Source: Rhizomicrobium sp. (GTDB taxonomy: Bacteria; Pseudomonadota; Alphaproteobacteria; Micropepsales; Micropepsaceae). Taken from it: DNA of 60,562 bases. The translations under genes and the position numbers were made by a program. Location of the stretch: NCBI GenBank assembly GCA_036263395.1, contig DATAHD010000292.1, forward strand, positions 1-60,562, read 5' to 3'. Positions within the stretch are counted from its first letter, which is position 1. Each line of letters starts with the position of its first letter. The notes under the pieces are model-generated. The model was not told the DNA's origin. It saw only the letters and a list, made by a program, of their open reading frames with translations, and made no database searches. Below, in pieces: positions 57,312 through 60,562 of the stretch.

Positions 57312-58400
57312 ATGAAACGTCGTGAGTTTCTAAAGACGGCCGGTCTTGCTACGGCCGCGAGCGCAGCGGTCGCCGCGCCGGCAATCGCGCAGTCGGCGCC
57401 GACGGTCAAGTGGCGCATGCCCTGCAGCTGGCCGAAGTCGCTGGACACGCTGTACGGCTCGGCCGAGGTGATGGCCAAGGCTGTCGCCGAGGCGACCGAC
57501 AACAAGTTCCAGATCCAGGTTTTCGCCGCCGGCGAAATCGTGCCGGGTCTCGCGATCGTCGACGCCGTGCAGAACGGCACGGTCGAAATCGGTCACACCG
57601 CGTCCTACTACTATTTCGGCAAGGATCCGACCTTCGGCTTCGGCACGTCGGTCCCGTTCGGCCCGAACGCCCGCATCAACCAGGCCTGGTGGACGCAGGG
57701 CGGCGGCGATGTCGTGATGAACGAGTTCTATAAGAAGTACAACATCAAGGGCCTGCTCGCGGCGCAGACCGGCTGTCAGATGGGTGGCTGGTACCGCAAG
57801 GAGATCAACTCGGTCGACGATCTCAAGGGCTTGAAGATGCGCATCGGCGGCTGGGCCGGCAAGGTCCTGCAGAAGCTCGGGGGCGTGCCGCAGCAGATCG
57901 CGGGTGGCGACATCTATCCGGCTCTCGAGAAGGGCACGCTCGACGCCTGCGAGTGGGTCGGTCCTTACGACGACGAGAAGCTCGGCTTCTACAAGGTCGC
58001 GCCGCACTATTACGCGCCCGGCTGGTGGGAAGGCGGCTCGATGCTCCACGCCTTCGTCAACCTCGAAAAGTACAACGCGCTGCCGAAGCAGTATCAGGCG
58101 GTCCTCGAACAGGCCGGCCACTACGCCAACACCTGGTGCATGGCCAAATACGATCACCTGAACCCGCAGGCGCTGCGCCGCCTGCTGGCGGGCGGCACCA
58201 AGCTGCACGTCTTCTCGCCGGCGATCATGGATGCCTCTTACAAGGCGACCATGGAGTTGCACGCCGAGGTGGCGAAGGAGAACGCGGCGTTCAAGAAAGC
58301 CAACGACTCCTTGATGGACTTCACCAAGAACGCCTATCAGTGGTTCCAGGTGGCGGAGCTCTCCTACGACGTCTATATGACCAAGGTCATGCGCGGCTGA
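57312..58400 (+). CDS. takP: TakP-type TRAP substrate-binding protein, paralogue 3
   Basis: Same motifs; RBS GGAGGAG; Tat signal MKRREFL. Confidence 0.92.
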   Translation: MKRREFLKTAGLATAASAAVAAPAIAQSAPTVKWRMPCSWPKSLDTLYGSAEVMAKAVAEATDNKFQIQVFAAGEIVPGLAIVDAVQNGTVEIGHTASYYYFGKDPTFGFGTSVPFGPNARINQAWWTQGGGDVVMNEFYKKYNIKGLLAAQTGCQMGGWYRKEINSVDDLKGLKMRIGGWAGKVLQKLGGVPQQIAGGDIYPALEKGTLDACEWVGPYDDEKLGFYKVAPHYYAPGWWEGGSMLHAFVNLEKYNALPKQYQAVLEQAGHYANTWCMAKYDHLNPQALRRLLAGGTKLHVFSPAIMDASYKATMELHAEVAKENAAFKKANDSLMDFTKNAYQWFQVAELSYDVYMTKVMRG

Positions 58401-58424
58401 TCGCTCGCTGCGTCAACGCAAAAG

Positions 58425-58457
58425 GAAAACCCCGGAGCTCGCGCTCCGGGGTTTTTC
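58425..58457. terminator. Bidirectional intrinsic terminator between convergent genes
   Basis: AAAACCCCGGAGC-tcgc-GCTCCGGGGTTTT with A and T runs on both sides. Confidence 0.88.
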
Positions 58458-58478
58458 ATTTGTGGCTTTGACGCCGCT

Positions 58479-60140
58479 TTATTTGAACTGAGGCGGCTGA
58501 CTGAGATCGAGCGATGGCATGTCGATCTGCGGAATGTCGATCTTGACCTTGTTCGGGTCGACGCCCGTGCCGACGCCCTTGTAGTGCATCACCATCGCCG
58601 GGAAGAGGATCACCAGCACCACCATGATCACCTGGATGACCACGAACGGCATGGCGCCCCAGTAGATCTGGCCGGTCGTGATGCCGTCCGTGCGCTTACC
58701 GGTGACGCGGTCGTTATAGGCTTCGCGCGGCGCCACCGAGCGCAGGTAGAACAGGGCGAAGCCGAAGGGCGGATGCATGAACGACGTCTGCATGTTGACG
58801 CCGAGGATGACGCCGAACCAGATCAGATCGATGCCGAGATGCTCCGCCGCCGGCCCGAGCAGCGGGATGACGATGAACGCCAGCTCGAAGAAGTCGAGGA
58901 AGAAGGCGAGCACGAATACGAAAGCGTTGACGAAGAGCAGGAAGCCGACTTGGCCGCCAGGCAGCGACGTCAAGAGGTGCTCGACCCAGATGTGACCGCT
59001 GACGCCGTAGAAGGTCAGCGAGAACACGCGGGCGCCGAGCAGGATGAACACGACGAAGGAGGCGAGCTTCGCCGTCGATTCCACGGCCTGCCGGACCAGG
59101 TCCCACGTCAGGCGGCGCTTCAATCCGCCGAGGATCAGTGCGCCCGCCGCGCCCATGGCGCCACCTTCGGTCGGCGTCGCGACGCCGATGAAGATGGTGC
59201 CGAGTACGAGGAAGATCAGGAACAGCGGCGGCACCATCACAAAGGTGGTCTGCTGCGCGATGTGCGACAGGAAGCGGAAACCTACGAAGCGCGTCGTCAC
59301 ATAGTTCACGACCGCGACGCAGAACGCGAAGACGATGCCCGAGAACATCGTCAGCACGACGTAGTCGGCCCCGTGGTAGGGCGAATTGCGCATTACGAAC
59401 CAGCCAAATACGCCGCTGACGACGGCCAGCATCGCGAGAGAGGTCAGGCCGCGGCCGCCATTCGGCTCGCGAAAGCCGACGGCTTCCGCGGGCAGGCCAG
59501 GAGTCGCCTTCGGGAAGATGACCGAGACGATGAAGATATAGACCGCATAGAGGCCGGACAGGACGAGGCCGGGGATGAACGCGCCCTCGTACATATCGCC
59601 GACCGAGCGGCCGAGCTGGTCGGCCATGACGATCAGAACCAGCGACGGCGGGATGATCTGCGCCAGTGTGCCGGAAGCCGCGATCACGCCGGTGGCGACG
59701 CGCCGGTCGTAGCCGTAGCGCATCATGATCGGCAGCGAGATCAGGCCCATCGAGATGACGGAGGCCGCGACGACGCCGGTGGTCGCCGCAAGCAGTGCGC
59801 CGACGAAGATGACAGCGTAAGCAAGTCCGCCGCGCACCGTGCCGAACAGCTGCCCGATCGTGTCGAGCAGGTCTTCCGCCATGCCGGATCGCTCGAGCAC
59901 CAATCCCATGAAGGTGAAGAACGGAATCGCCAGCAGCGTGTCGTTGTTCATCACGCCGTAGATGCGTTCCGGCAGCGCCTGCAGGAAGTCGGGCGCGAAC
60001 TGGCCGAGGTCGATGCCGACCAGCGCGTAGATGAGGCCGACGGCGGCGAGCGAGAACGCGGCCGGATAGCCGAGCAGCAGGAAGACAACGAGGGAGCCGA
60101 ACATGATCGGCGCCATGTTGTCGATGAAGATCTGAGTCAT
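58479..60140 (-). CDS. dctM: TRAP transporter large permease
   Basis: LLAIPFF.FMG..LERSG.A, G.LAQIIPPS, ATPTEG, G.FLD..E, N.QTSF..PPFG.ALFYL. Confidence 0.95.
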   Translation of the reverse strand: MTQIFIDNMAPIMFGSLVVFLLLGYPAAFSLAAVGLIYALVGIDLGQFAPDFLQALPERIYGVMNNDTLLAIPFFTFMGLVLERSGMAEDLLDTIGQLFGTVRGGLAYAVIFVGALLAATTGVVAASVISMGLISLPIMMRYGYDRRVATGVIAASGTLAQIIPPSLVLIVMADQLGRSVGDMYEGAFIPGLVLSGLYAVYIFIVSVIFPKATPGLPAEAVGFREPNGGRGLTSLAMLAVVSGVFGWFVMRNSPYHGADYVVLTMFSGIVFAFCVAVVNYVTTRFVGFRFLSHIAQQTTFVMVPPLFLIFLVLGTIFIGVATPTEGGAMGAAGALILGGLKRRLTWDLVRQAVESTAKLASFVVFILLGARVFSLTFYGVSGHIWVEHLLTSLPGGQVGFLLFVNAFVFVLAFFLDFFELAFIVIPLLGPAAEHLGIDLIWFGVILGVNMQTSFMHPPFGFALFYLRSVAPREAYNDRVTGKRTDGITTGQIYWGAMPFVVIQVIMVVLVILFPAMVMHYKGVGTGVDPNKVKIDIPQIDMPSLDLSQPPQFK

Positions 60141-60163
60141 TGTCTATTTCCCCCCGGTCCGCT

Positions 60164-60562
60164 CTAGCGCTTCTCGATCGCTTCGACGATGTGCTCGACT
60201 TCGGCTTCGAGCGTGTCTTTTTGCGACTCGTGAGGATCGGGGATGAGGTCTCGCATGACCGCGAGGCGTTTGATCAGCTCCGACACGCCCTGCACCAGCA
60301 GGAGGATGAAGCCCATCATGACCAGCGCCTTCGACGGCCATTGCGGCAGGCCGCCGGCATTGCCGGACTGCTCGTTGATCTCGTAGGAGCGGAGGAAGAA
60401 CGGGATGCCGGTGGTGATCATGATGACGCACCACGGCAGCAGGAAGACGGCGTGACCGATCGTGTCGATCCAGTTGCGCAGCATCTTCGGCAGCAGCTGG
60501 TTCACGATGTCGATGCGGATGTGCTCATTGGCGAGCAGCGTCCACGGCGAGCACAGCAGGAA
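60164..60562 (-). CDS. dctQ: TRAP transporter small permease (5' truncated by window edge)
   Basis: Frame open to the edge (WTLLANEHIRIDIV); E.S.NAGGL..WP.K, QG.SELIK. Confidence 0.9.
   Translation of the reverse strand, partial: FLLCSPWTLLANEHIRIDIVNQLLPKMLRNWIDTIGHAVFLLPWCVIMITTGIPFFLRSYEINEQSGNAGGLPQWPSKALVMMGFILLLVQGVSELIKRLAVMRDLIPDPHESQKDTLEAEVEHIVEAIEKR

Overview
High-GC alphaproteobacterial DNA; gene content and order suggest Hyphomicrobiales/Rhizobiales (inference). Family assignments come from motif recognition and remembered sequences, not database searches. The window has three parts. (1) 1-31040 is a dense catabolic region. It holds a TTT permease fragment, a PdxA-family dehydrogenase, a DhpH-like FAD monooxygenase coupled to a His-rich LVIVD beta-propeller, and a LysR-linked HadA/TcpA/TftD-type two-component monooxygenase operon with MFS, DoxX and a cysteine-free AhpD-like protein. 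It continues with a second FAD monooxygenase and a 13-gene minus-strand run: CUT1 ABC importer, three CocE/NonD hydrolases, cupin, ketopantoate-reductase-like enzyme, Bug receptor, alpha/beta hydrolase, PuuE-like hydrolase and amidase. An aldo-keto reductase and an atypical 773-aa amidase close the region. No canonical ring-cleavage dioxygenase is present. (2) About 31100-43600 is a loosely packed accessory block of stress-type genes: DUF3606, frameshifted Crp/Fnr, RlpA-like, DUF3309, VIT, DUF2934, AI-2E, YciF, GT4 with a GDE-like hydrolase, several microproteins and an internally deleted receiver domain. It carries FixK/Fnr-like and EcfG-like promoter motifs and ends at the 5' end of dusA. 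(3) 43657-60562 is core-like: dusA, TauE, aspartic protease, DUF1289, histidine kinase, GST, MBL hydrolase, beta-hydroxyacid dehydrogenase, Bug, class II aldolase, mrp, three tandem TakP-type TRAP receptors and convergent dctM/dctQ. No rRNA, tRNA, CRISPR, integrase or transposase was recognised. The best candidate for an undescribed system is the catabolic region, in particular the ABC importer with three CocE paralogues that lack the usual catalytic Asp motif, and the HadA-like module without its usual downstream genes.
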